Shown in pieces: positions 1 through 7,650 of a stretch of 14,403 nt of DNA. Position numbers and translations under genes: made by a program. Position 1 is the stretch's first letter. The number at the start of each line of letters is the position of its first letter. Below the pieces are notes generated by a model. That model searched no databases. It was not told the DNA's origin and saw only the letters and a list, made by a program, of their open reading frames with translations. The DNA is from Cyanobacteriota bacterium (GTDB lineage Bacteria > Cyanobacteriota > Cyanobacteriia > Cyanobacteriales > Nostocaceae): NCBI GenBank assembly GCA_046045965.1, contig JBJOKS010000058.1, forward strand, positions 1-14,403, written 5' to 3'.

Positions 1-2
1 TG

Positions 3-200
3 ATTCATTTCATAGCAATTTATTCAATTCTTCAAAATCTAGCTTTAGGAAATGATACTTTTAATATCCGGTTTGCTGGTGCAACTCCACAGAATCAATT
101 ATTTGGGACTAGAGGTAGTTTAAACTCCAGGATTATATCTCTGGCCTTTCCATTTAGCAGCGGTAATGATGTTGTAGGTGATAGTGATAATTTGGGATAA
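3..200 (+). CDS. 3' end of a hypothetical protein, 5'-truncated by the window
   Basis: Frame 3 is open from the window start to TAA 198-200 (IHFIAIYSILQNLALG...DSDNLG*). It is co-oriented with the next ORF and 6 nt upstream of it. Confidence 0.6.
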   Translation: MHFIAIYSILQNLALGNDTFNIRFAGATPQNQLFGTRGSLNSRIISLAFPFSSGNDVVGDSDNLG

Positions 201-206
201 CCAGTA

Positions 207-773
207 GTGACTACATATTGTAATCCCGGTGATACCGCTCGCGTAACCTTTCCAGATGGGAGTGTTAGAGATTTCAGTAACACTCCCATTGATATATCAG
301 TAGGTGAAGACTACCCTATTTGTCCTACCTATACGGTAAATGTTAGTTACACACAGGTCAGGTCTGACGGATTTGTACAGAATGGAGTTCGTCTTGGACG
401 GCGTTTACCTGTTAGAGCTTATGTCACGGGTGATAATTCTCAGTCTTATATAGTTGATACAGTTTGTTCGGGTGGACAACCAACTGGTGAACGATTTGCA
501 TTGTTAACCGCTGGTTCTCCTGGCGTGATAAGAAGTTTGGTAATTACTGGAATTACGAATAGTCTAACAGCAGCACCAGTGACACCTACTTATAGAATTA
601 CCGTCACATCCGATGGGACTAATCTTTTTACTGGTAGTTTCAATAATCCCAATTATTCAGTCGAATGCATCACAAGTTGCCCACCAAACACACTAGATTG
701 TGGCGATTGCTGCTTAGACTGCGAAGATATTTTTTATAAACTTTGTAACATAAACCAATTATTTATAGGGTAA
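207..773 (+). CDS. Hypothetical protein, beta-rich with Cys-rich C-terminus; possible virion protein
   Basis: 188-aa ORF with GTG start, T/V/G-rich, ending CPPNTLDCGDCCLDC; tight operon spacing. Confidence 0.7.
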   Translation: MTTYCNPGDTARVTFPDGSVRDFSNTPIDISVGEDYPICPTYTVNVSYTQVRSDGFVQNGVRLGRRLPVRAYVTGDNSQSYIVDTVCSGGQPTGERFALLTAGSPGVIRSLVITGITNSLTAAPVTPTYRITVTSDGTNLFTGSFNNPNYSVECITSCPPNTLDCGDCCLDCEDIFYKLCNINQLFIG

Positions 774-779
774 TATATC

Positions 780-2612
780 ATGACAACTTGTAGCCAAATT
801 AATAATGAATTAGGAGCAATAAGTAGTAGTGCAAATAGCATAAGTGCGAAATTAGATAATATTTTAACCCAGAATAACGATATATTAAATAGAATTGGCG
901 GTATAGAATCTAGGTTAGGTGCTATTGAAAGTAGATTGAATGGTTTTGATAGTAAACTTGATGCTATAAATAATTTAATAGATAGTTTAGAGAACATTAT
1001 TGTTACCGCAATAAATAATTTAGGTAATACATTACGTACCTTGATTAGTGAATTGATTGATCTCATAAGAAGTATATTTGGACGTAATAATAATGATAAA
1101 ATTGACGAAATATTAAGTGAAATAAGACGAGCCGGCGAATTTATTATTGATGCAATCAGAATAGTTGGTAGGGAAGTAGTTTTAGGTAGAGACGCTATTC
1201 TTGAAGCGATAAAAAATTGCTGTAACAGAATAGAAGGTTTAATGAGAGAATTTAGAATAGATGGTAAAATACAAGAAATAATAGAAGAAATTAATCGTAG
1301 TGAAGGCTCTATAAAAGAATCTATAGGAGGTTCTGAAATTAGAATTATAAGACAAATAGATCAAAACGAAGGTAAACTAGATATTATAATCAGCAAAATA
1401 GATGGTTTAAATGGTACAGATGATTGGGTAACAAGAATATTATCAGCCATAGCAGGAGTAGCAGCAATATTAAATTTATTAAAAGATAATCAATGTGATA
1501 ATCAAAAAGTGATTGAGCGCATTGATGGTTGTTGCAGTCATTTGTCCAGTCTAATAGTTCAAATTAATTATACTTCTCAATTAACAGCTATATCAAACAA
1601 ACTAGATAGTAACACTACAATTTTAAATACCATCAACTCTACTACATTTTCTATAACAAACGCAGTCAATAATGTATCTAATCAAATTTCTAGGAACACT
1701 ACAATTTTAAATACCATCAACTCTACTACATTTTCTATAACAAACGCAGTCAATAATGTATCTAATCAAATTTCTAGGAACACTACAATTTTAAATACCA
1801 TCAACTCCACTACATTTTCTATAACAAACGCAGTCAATAATGTATCTAATCAAATTTCTGGCAACACTACAATTTTAAATACCATTAACTCTACTACATT
1901 TTCCACATCAAACGCTGACATAAACAATACATTATCGAATATAATCAATAGGACTTTATCTATACAAAATTCTATTGAAAACATCGAATGCAATGGAAGT
2001 GAACCGGTAGAAGTAGAGCTTGTTCAAATTAAAGTTCCGGTATTCGTCGAATGTGAGGGTAATGAACCAAAATTTGATGAAACAGACATATATGTACAAA
2101 AAGGACTAGAAGAAACAGAATTATTAAAGTTTACAAGAATAGCAGAAATTGAGGGAAAACAATGTAGAGAAGCTGTAGCAGTAATTCCTGAATGGTGGCA
2201 GGTTCGGCTAGAAGGTGGTGTACCTCAATTAGTTCTTGCTTGGGGGGAAGTAGATGCTAGTTCTGGAAAATGTTTGCATTCAAAATATGCAATGACAATT
2301 CCCCACTTTATCAACATCCGACCTGAGTCTTGTCCATTTCCAAGATACAGAAAAGGAAATTATGAGCTAATAGCTTATTTTAAAGACAATAGTAAGTTAA
2401 TAATTAACGCTTTCACCGAACATGAATGTGAAAGAGTGTATAACTCTATTCTTCCCTGGATTGATCAAGAATATGCAAGTTCTGTTAGATACAAAGTAGG
2501 CAAGCGGGTTAGTTACCAGTTTAAAGAGGTTTGGGTATGTCCTAAATTTGGGAAATATTTTTCACAGGGGAATAGAGACACAAACCCCGACTGGACAGTG
2601 TACTTTAATTAA
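780..2612 (+). CDS. Long coiled-coil protein with 28-aa internal repeats and a globular C-terminal domain; possible fibre, spike or tape-measure-like protein
   Basis: 610-aa ORF with heptad I/L pattern over ~400 aa and a C-terminal domain (VIPEWWQVRLEGG...). Function is inferred only. Confidence 0.8.
   Translation: MTTCSQINNELGAISSSANSISAKLDNILTQNNDILNRIGGIESRLGAIESRLNGFDSKLDAINNLIDSLENIIVTAINNLGNTLRTLISELIDLIRSIFGRNNNDKIDEILSEIRRAGEFIIDAIRIVGREVVLGRDAILEAIKNCCNRIEGLMREFRIDGKIQEIIEEINRSEGSIKESIGGSEIRIIRQIDQNEGKLDIIISKIDGLNGTDDWVTRILSAIAGVAAILNLLKDNQCDNQKVIERIDGCCSHLSSLIVQINYTSQLTAISNKLDSNTTILNTINSTTFSITNAVNNVSNQISRNTTILNTINSTTFSITNAVNNVSNQISRNTTILNTINSTTFSITNAVNNVSNQISGNTTILNTINSTTFSTSNADINNTLSNIINRTLSIQNSIENIECNGSEPVEVELVQIKVPVFVECEGNEPKFDETDIYVQKGLEETELLKFTRIAEIEGKQCREAVAVIPEWWQVRLEGGVPQLVLAWGEVDASSGKCLHSKYAMTIPHFINIRPESCPFPRYRKGNYELIAYFKDNSKLIINAFTEHECERVYNSILPWIDQEYASSVRYKVGKRVSYQFKEVWVCPKFGKYFSQGNRDTNPDWTVYFN
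1611..1903 (+). repeat. In-frame 84-bp tandem repeat, ~3.5 copies
   Basis: Units start at 1611, 1695, 1779 and 1863 (partial) and encode NTTILNTINSTTFSITNAVNNVSNQIS(R/G); near-identical at DNA level. Confidence 0.97.
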
Positions 2613-2728
2613 CACTCGATCCAGCGCCAGGGCTTAAGTCCCGGCAGTAGTCTAGTGTATGTCCTGATGCACACAAAAATATTGCCAACTTAAGATATTC
2701 ATAAATCTAATCAACAAAAAGGTATTTT

Positions 2729-2986
2729 ATGACTGCAAAAATTGCCGGTGCTGATTTAACCACGTTCAGCGCATTAAATAGTTTAGAACAACAACTTATG
2801 TTCCTTGCAGGTATGCTATTAACAGAACAGAATTCTTATAATGTAGCTAACCCAACTGCACCCAGAAACGTCGTCGCAATTGCTCCAGCGTATGCTACTC
2901 GAACTGCCACCCTACAATGTCAGTTCACTATAGAATCTGACTCGGTTTTGCAAAGCCTTCATGAAAATATAACTCCTGCTTTTTAG
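2729..2986 (+). CDS. Small hypothetical protein (85 aa)
   Basis: ATG preceded by AAAAGGT; co-oriented within the + strand block. Confidence 0.75.
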   Translation: MTAKIAGADLTTFSALNSLEQQLMFLAGMLLTEQNSYNVANPTAPRNVVAIAPAYATRTATLQCQFTIESDSVLQSLHENITPAF

Positions 2987-3004
2987 TAATAAAAAATAAT
3001 TATT

Positions 3005-3565
3005 ATGGCATCACCTCAACGTCCATTAACTGGAGTACGACTCACTTATGAGTTAACGATGGGAACCGTAAAATACAGAGTAAGGATCAAGGAATCCATT
3101 GGCAAATGGTTAGGACTACGCCCCGTTGGACCACAAACAGGAACATTTGCAAGTGGTCCGAATTCTGGTAGGCGATTTTTACGAGCGCCGGCTGGTTTTA
3201 AATTCCAAAGCTTTACTTTCCTACTTCGTCCTGGAGTAACAATAACAGAGCCTATTCCTGGTGACTGCACAGGAGGAACCAGAAGTAGAGAAATATGTAC
3301 ATTTACTCTGGGATTTCCTCGCGGTCTTAAAGAAACACCTATTAACAGGTGGCGTGTTGAATCTTGGGCGCGAGGCACAACACGCGCAAATGACATAATC
3401 GGAATGATTACACCGTCGGGAGTTAAACACGTATGGCGTGAATCCCTAGCAGGTCAGACTGGAATACTCCCAAATGGATTACCCAACCTTCCTTCATTGC
3501 CCGATGGTTTTGATCTTGGTGATGTAATAGGACTAACTGGATCAATCCTCCCGTTACTGTTTTAA
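3005..3565 (+). CDS. Hypothetical protein (186 aa), basic, Gly/Pro-rich with hydrophobic C-terminal tail
   Basis: ORF 18 nt after the previous stop and followed by a long inverted repeat. Confidence 0.75.
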   Translation: MASPQRPLTGVRLTYELTMGTVKYRVRIKESIGKWLGLRPVGPQTGTFASGPNSGRRFLRAPAGFKFQSFTFLLRPGVTITEPIPGDCTGGTRSREICTFTLGFPRGLKETPINRWRVESWARGTTRANDIIGMITPSGVKHVWRESLAGQTGILPNGLPNLPSLPDGFDLGDVIGLTGSILPLLF

Positions 3566-3567
3566 TG

Positions 3568-3612
3568 TTTAGTTAAAAAGCTAAGTAACAAACCTCTAGC
3601 TTTTTAACTAAA
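3568..3612. terminator. 16-bp perfect inverted repeat; possible terminator or protein-binding site
   Basis: TTTAGTTAAAAAGCTA (3568-3583) and TAGCTTTTTAACTAAA (3597-3612) with a 13-nt loop, directly after the stop codon. Confidence 0.55.
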
Positions 3613-3666
3613 ACTATGACTAACTATAATTCCATTTAACAGATAAAACAGATAAAACAGATAAAA

Positions 3667-4032
3667 ATGACAAAAAATGTTATTAAAAAATCGGATTATG
3701 AATTTACAATTTCATTTTCAGATTTACCTGATGAACTGAACCTGAACTTTAAACCATTGGTCGAATCTTTTAATTTACATCTTCTTTACAATAAATTTGT
3801 ACTTTGTCACTGGCAAGCTCGTCCTAAAGGTTTAAGAGGATTTGGCTGGTATGATTTCTTGTCTAAAAAGTATTATTCTATTGATTGGAATAATATTAAA
3901 GTTGAATCAAAATCAATTCCTATTCAGGTAAATGAAATTGAATTTCCCACGGCTTTACCTTCCGCGGTATTGCTTTTCCCTGACTCTTATTTAGTAAAAA
4001 AAACCAACTACTGGAAGCTAACAGATGAGTAG
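3667..4032 (+). CDS. Hypothetical protein (121 aa)
   Basis: ORF overlapping the next gene by 8 nt; TATAAT at 3625-3630 upstream. Confidence 0.7.
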   Translation: MTKNVIKKSDYEFTISFSDLPDELNLNFKPLVESFNLHLLYNKFVLCHWQARPKGLRGFGWYDFLSKKYYSIDWNNIKVESKSIPIQVNEIEFPTALPSAVLLFPDSYLVKKTNYWKLTDE

Positions 4033-4498
4033 GATTTTGGACTTTAAAAATCCTCTAAACTTTTCTTTGGTTTATACTCAAAGCTTACAAGCAGTACCAA
4101 TCAGATCCGCTACAGGAGCAATTATTGATTATTTTCCAATAACAGAAATTATTATCCCTATTATATTTAACAGACCTGTGTGTGCGGTAAATGTAACGAC
4201 TGCTGTACCAGTAGGTAGGATTTGGCGCTATGCAGGAAAGGTAAGCAGAATATTTGACTTTGCTCTAGGTGAAGCATTTTCTGCTGATGAGAGAAAGCAT
4301 TTATTTTTAGGAAGATGGAACATCTGCTTATTTGACAGAATTTTACCTAATGACTACAGGATTGCATATTTACCACCACGGTGGTTTATTAATGTAAATG
4401 TTTCTGTTTACCAATATGAAGGAGTTATTGGAGATACTTTAGAAAATGATATTGCTGCTATTAAAAATTCTTTAAATTTACTATTACCAAATGAATGA
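4025..4498 (+). CDS. Hypothetical beta-rich protein (157 aa)
   Basis: Coupled overlaps with both neighbours (ATGA overlap at 4495-4498). Confidence 0.75.
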   Translation: MSRILDFKNPLNFSLVYTQSLQAVPIRSATGAIIDYFPITEIIIPIIFNRPVCAVNVTTAVPVGRIWRYAGKVSRIFDFALGEAFSADERKHLFLGRWNICLFDRILPNDYRIAYLPPRWFINVNVSVYQYEGVIGDTLENDIAAIKNSLNLLLPNE

Positions 4499-4746
4499 AA
4501 ATGGTTATTACTCAAGAGAAGATGGAATTTGTTGTTTTACTCTTAACAATATTTGGATCTTTCTACAAGCTTACACAAATTGAAAGTCGAATCAAGGAAA
4601 GCATTAAAGAAGTTCAAAAGGCCATTGAACTTCATGTTAAAGATAATGAACTGCTGATTTATCAGGTCAGGGAATTGCAATCAATTTTAAACGACCAACA
4701 AAAAATTCTGAAAAATAGTGGTTTGTTGCGTCGGGAAACAGATTAA
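4495..4746 (+). CDS. Small membrane protein with one TM helix and a coiled coil; holin-like candidate
   Basis: Hydrophobic FVVLLLTIFGSFY followed by a charged heptad segment; last gene before the terminator. Confidence 0.65.
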   Translation: MKMVITQEKMEFVVLLLTIFGSFYKLTQIESRIKESIKEVQKAIELHVKDNELLIYQVRELQSILNDQQKILKNSGLLRRETD

Positions 4747-4827
4747 TGGTATATTTGTACTTGCGGTGCTGTCATGAACTGGAAAAGGTTAACCAGCGCC
4801 GTACTATCCCGATAAGCACAAAAATCC

Positions 4828-4862
4828 AAAAACTCCCCCGGCGCGTGAGGGAGTTTTTTTTT
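4828..4862. terminator. Bidirectional intrinsic terminator between convergent gene blocks
   Basis: AAAAACTCCC (4828-4837) and GGGAGTTTTT (4849-4858), with a T run on + and an A run upstream. Confidence 0.85.
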
Positions 4863-4865
4863 ATT

Positions 4866-4893
4866 GAGTCAGGGGTCAGGAGTCAGGAGGCAG
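4866..4893. repeat. Heptameric STRR-type repeat (GAGTCAG-like x4)
   Basis: GAGTCAG GGGTCAG GAGTCAG GAGGCAG. The same family occurs at 11161-11180, and AGGTGAC x3 at 12221-12241. Such repeats are typical of heterocystous cyanobacteria. Confidence 0.8.
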
Positions 4894-5487
4894 TAACTGA
4901 TAAACTAGCTTATTTCCATTTATGCCAAACCCGCCCCTGATGAAATTTTCAATTTTATGGGGGGATATACCCAGTGCAATCGCCTTCTCAATCATCAACT
5001 TTCTTTCCAGTGCGATCGCATTTTCATGATTTCCCCCAGGAATATGAACATGATGAATTCGCTTGTCATAGTAACAGTAGCGGTAGTACCAATGTCTAGT
5101 TCCGTTGCGAGTTACATAATATTCCTCTACCCATTGAGTTTTTCTTTGTTCTGGAAGTGGGTAAGGTTTTTTTGGGTAGTCCTGTTTTTCTTGTTCTGGA
5201 AGTGCTGAAACTCTTATTTCTTCATCTTCCAGAACACTCATTGCCCGGACATTTACATCTGGGTGCAACTGCTCCCAATCAGTCCAGGAGCGGCCATAAC
5301 TTTCCTGATCAGGATAGTCATTTGGATCTGGTGGTTCCTCGCTGCTGTCATAGAAAAGCGTGGACTGACCATTCTCCTCAACTTTTCCAGAACAATCTAA
5401 AACTATCTCATCCCAATACGGGTCTACATCTCTAGCTCTAGATGGTAATGAGGTGAATTCATCTAAATTAAATAATGTTCCGGTCAT
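4876..5487 (-). CDS. Hypothetical protein: acidic N-terminus, basic/aromatic C-terminal domain, possibly DNA-binding
   Basis: Start re-placed to ATG 5487 (MTGTLFNL...), which has a GAGGAGG SD and an ATGA overlap with the upstream small ORF. C-terminal motif WVEEYYVTRNGTRHWYYRYCY...HVHIPGG. Confidence 0.75.
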   Translation of the reverse strand: MTGTLFNLDEFTSLPSRARDVDPYWDEIVLDCSGKVEENGQSTLFYDSSEEPPDPNDYPDQESYGRSWTDWEQLHPDVNVRAMSVLEDEEIRVSALPEQEKQDYPKKPYPLPEQRKTQWVEEYYVTRNGTRHWYYRYCYYDKRIHHVHIPGGNHENAIALERKLMIEKAIALGISPHKIENFIRGGFGINGNKLVYQLLPPDS

Positions 5488-5660
5488 GACCCCTCCTCTA
5501 TTGGTGTGGGGGGAATTGAGTAATGAGGGCATGGGGAATAATAGCCATTGGCAAGGTGAAGGTAAAAACTACCATCACAGTAAATGGCAAATGGCAAATA
5601 ATTAATGGCAACTTCCCGCTCTTTAATAAAGCCGTTGTTGTTGTATAAGCGTACTTTCAT
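5484..5660 (-). CDS. Small hypothetical protein (58 aa), not in the ORF track
   Basis: Hand translation MKVRLYNNNGFIKEREVAINYLPFAIYCDGSFYLHLANGYYSPCPHYSIPPTPIEEGS*. It fills the gap in the - strand operon and its stop overlaps the next ATG. Confidence 0.6.
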   Translation of the reverse strand: MKVRLYNNNGFIKEREVAINYLPFAIYCDGSFYLHLANGYYSPCPHYSIPPTPIEEGS

Positions 5661-5697
5661 GGTTGGTAAACACTTGGTAAACGGTTACTAATTAAAT

Positions 5698-6357
5698 TCA
5701 AAAATAATCCTGTACTTCCATCACAACACCACCAAAATGCTGACAGATAGAAACATAATTAGTGGGTTGTTCCCAGTAGCGCCGTCTTAAACAACAGCGA
5801 ACCCATCCTTCTGGATTAATAATTTTTTCAGCAGCGCCGCGAAGTTTAAATAACAGCAGGGCGGCTTTAATTTCAAACTGTGGACGGTTTAAAACTTCTG
5901 TTTCTTCAGTGTCAAAATGAATACCCTCCTGAGACATCAACTGTTGATTAGATAAGATATGCTGCTGCTGAACATCAGCATTAACGGAATTATCAGGGTT
6001 TGGATTGGGTGTTTTGTAAGTAGAGTTAGGATTGTGTAATTTTTGTTTTTTAGGTGGTGTTAACCATTCCAATGGTCTAACTACTAACTTAAATATCTTC
6101 CAGGAATACTGTTTAATAACTTGTATTACACGATTTTCTGCTAACAAGTTAAACATCCGTTTCAGGTAATTGTGAGCGTAGCTCTTACCTCTATGTTTTT
6201 TCACCCATTCGTTAAATTTTGATAAGTCTGGTTCTACTTCCTCTTCAATTCCTTCTCTGATCAGCCACTGCCATAAAAGTTTTGCAGCTGGTGGAATTTT
6301 GTTTTTTAGACAGAATTGATCATGTTTTTCTGTCCATTCTGTTGATGTTTTTGGCAT
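5698..6357 (-). CDS. Putative replication initiator-like protein (winged-helix N-terminus, linker, C-terminal helical domain)
   Basis: IPPAAKLLWQWL N-terminus, low-complexity P/N/Q linker and C-terminal IINPEGWVRCCLRRRYW, resembling phage/plasmid replication organizers. Recognised by pattern only. Confidence 0.55.
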   Translation of the reverse strand: MPKTSTEWTEKHDQFCLKNKIPPAAKLLWQWLIREGIEEEVEPDLSKFNEWVKKHRGKSYAHNYLKRMFNLLAENRVIQVIKQYSWKIFKLVVRPLEWLTPPKKQKLHNPNSTYKTPNPNPDNSVNADVQQQHILSNQQLMSQEGIHFDTEETEVLNRPQFEIKAALLLFKLRGAAEKIINPEGWVRCCLRRRYWEQPTNYVSICQHFGGVVMEVQDYF

Positions 6358-6465
6358 AATGTATAAATGACCACCCCTCTCTGGTGGTATTCAAGTTTTT
6401 AAATACAGGAATCTGTCACCACCTAGCGCGTAGGTGGTTGGAATGTTGAGGCTGGATTTTAGATT

Positions 6466-6732
6466 TTAGGGTTTGGGCGGAGCAAAACTATCTGGTAGGT
6501 CCTGGATAGCCTTGCCGTGAGATTTCAAAAGTTTGTCTAGTGCCTTGAGTTGGGGAATTGTAAAGGATGGAACATTAACTCCAGCCTCCCATCGGCTAAC
6601 AGTTCTTAAACTTACGCCAATAGTTCTGCCAAATTCCTCCTGACTCATGCCAAGCTCGTCTCTAAGGTGTGCCAAGGGTGATTTGCCCCCATTTTGACTT
6701 TCCGGTTTTTGATCGTTAGGTGTTTTATTCAT
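6466..6732 (-). CDS. XRE/Cro-CI family helix-turn-helix transcriptional regulator (likely repressor)
   Basis: LAHLRDELGMSQEEFGRTIGVSLRTVSRWEAGVNVP is a canonical HTH_3 motif. Start re-placed to ATG 6732 because the upstream part overlaps the promoter/operator region. Confidence 0.9.
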   Translation of the reverse strand: MNKTPNDQKPESQNGGKSPLAHLRDELGMSQEEFGRTIGVSLRTVSRWEAGVNVPSFTIPQLKALDKLLKSHGKAIQDLPDSFAPPKP

Positions 6733-6740
6733 TATAACCT

Positions 6741-6797
6741 GCCATGACATCATGGCATGACCTATTGACATAAATCAAGTAGTCATGACATAATGAC
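6741..6797. promoter_or_regulatory. Divergent overlapping promoters with two palindromic operators
   Basis: Operators GCCATGA-CA-TCATGGC (6741-6756) and GTCAT-GACATA-ATGAC (6782-6797). Rightward promoter: TTGACA 6765-6770, 18 bp, extended -10 TGaCATAAT ending 6794. Leftward promoter: TTGATT (6778-6773), 18 bp, CATGAT (6754-6749). Confidence 0.75.
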
Positions 6798-6800
6798 GTA

Positions 6801-7292
6801 TGTGAGACAACAAGAATCCAACCGAGTTGGAAACCCGGTAGATGGTAAGCACTTGGTTGGATGATTGAAAGTCTCTCACTTTCGAGAACGACCTGACACG
6901 GGGATGATGCTGTATCATTCCCGTGACCGCTCCCTCCTCTCCTTTGCCTTGTGCCTGAGAGGACACACCATACTAAGTCGGAGCAAGCACCCACGCATTT
7001 TTGACTGCGAGTGTCCGCGCGTGGAACCAACCCCCAGCACACAGATGAATTGCGCGTCCCCATTAATTTGGGGACTTTTCCTCTCATGTCTGCAATCTAT
7101 AAACTGATTGCATATATCAACATACTTATTTTTCAGAGAGTTTGGAGGTGATGCTAGACGACAATCAACATAAACATGATCTGAAGTGAACTGCTTTCCC
7201 GTTTCTCCCACGGGAAGTAATTACAATATTTTGCATTTATGACGCTTCTGTTCCAAGTCAATATTAGCTGGTGGTTAATATTGACTTTTTCT
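6801..7292 (+). ncRNA. Candidate long structured ncRNA or leader RNA
   Basis: About ten consecutive hairpins, several with G-U pairs only on the + strand, between the promoter and a terminator-like stem; no convincing CDS. Confidence 0.5.
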
Positions 7293-7293
7293 T
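7255..7293 (+). terminator. Intrinsic terminator or attenuator
   Basis: AAGTCAATATTAGC pairs with GTTAATATTGACTT (one G-U), running into TTTTTCTT. Confidence 0.65.
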
Positions 7294-7343
7294 AACGATG
7301 ACATCCCTTTTGACCGCAGCACATCCGAAGGAGGTGATTTTTG

Positions 7344-7550
7344 ATGAAGCTTCTCAAACTTCCCAGTGGTGACTATATCAATTTAGAATTAGCTTGCACT
7401 GTAGAATTTGGTACTTTTCCTGACGGAAGTGGTGTCTCGCACCAAAGATGCAAAATTTTTTGGAGTGACAACAACTCTGATGTTTATTGCGACAATGTAG
7501 CAATTTTTATCAAAGACTATCTTGATAAAAATCATGATAGTTTGAATTAG
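7344..7550 (+). CDS. Small hypothetical protein (68 aa)
   Basis: Strong SD AAGGAGGT at 7328-7335 and ATG at 7344; ends 14 nt before the ribozyme. Confidence 0.75.
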   Translation: MKLLKLPSGDYINLELACTVEFGTFPDGSGVSHQRCKIFWSDNNSDVYCDNVAIFIKDYLDKNHDSLN

Positions 7551-7564
7551 ATCACTATAATCAA

Positions 7565-7650
7565 CCGCCTGACGATACGACTAACTTATAGTCGGCTACC
7601 TGGACCCGGTAGCCGAAACACACCCCGCGGTGTGTCGCGGATTGGGTCCA
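7565..7650 (+). ncRNA. Type I hammerhead ribozyme with pseudoknot and an extra inserted hairpin
   Basis: Stem I CCGC 7565-7568/GCGG 7637-7640; core CUGACGA 7569-7575; stem II GGCUACC 7594-7600/GGUAGCC 7608-7614; GAAA 7615-7618; stem III CACACC 7619-7624/GGUGUG 7629-7634; GUC cleavage triplet, cut after C7636. Loop II UGGACCC 7601-7607 pairs with GGGUCCA 7644-7650. Confidence 0.88.

Noticed and set aside
1611..1903. Tandem repeats as a CRISPR array
   Set aside because: No unique spacers; the units are contiguous, in frame and inside a CDS.
2612..2672. Pistol or twister ribozyme on the minus strand (CTTAAGCCCTGGCG resemblance)
   Set aside because: The required pseudoknot and stems have mismatches on that strand and the other conserved core segments are missing.
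4746..4940. 64-aa ORF
   Set aside because: It runs through the terminator and STRR repeats and overlaps the convergent gene.
7144..7189. 12-codon mini-ORF after GGAGGTG
   Set aside because: The SD abuts the ATG with no spacer and there is no other support for a leader peptide.
6725..7211. Four overlapping ORFs (6725-7087, 6775-6966, 6865-7107, 6915-7211)
   Set aside because: No SD, implausible composition and overlap with promoters and hairpins; better explained as non-coding structure.
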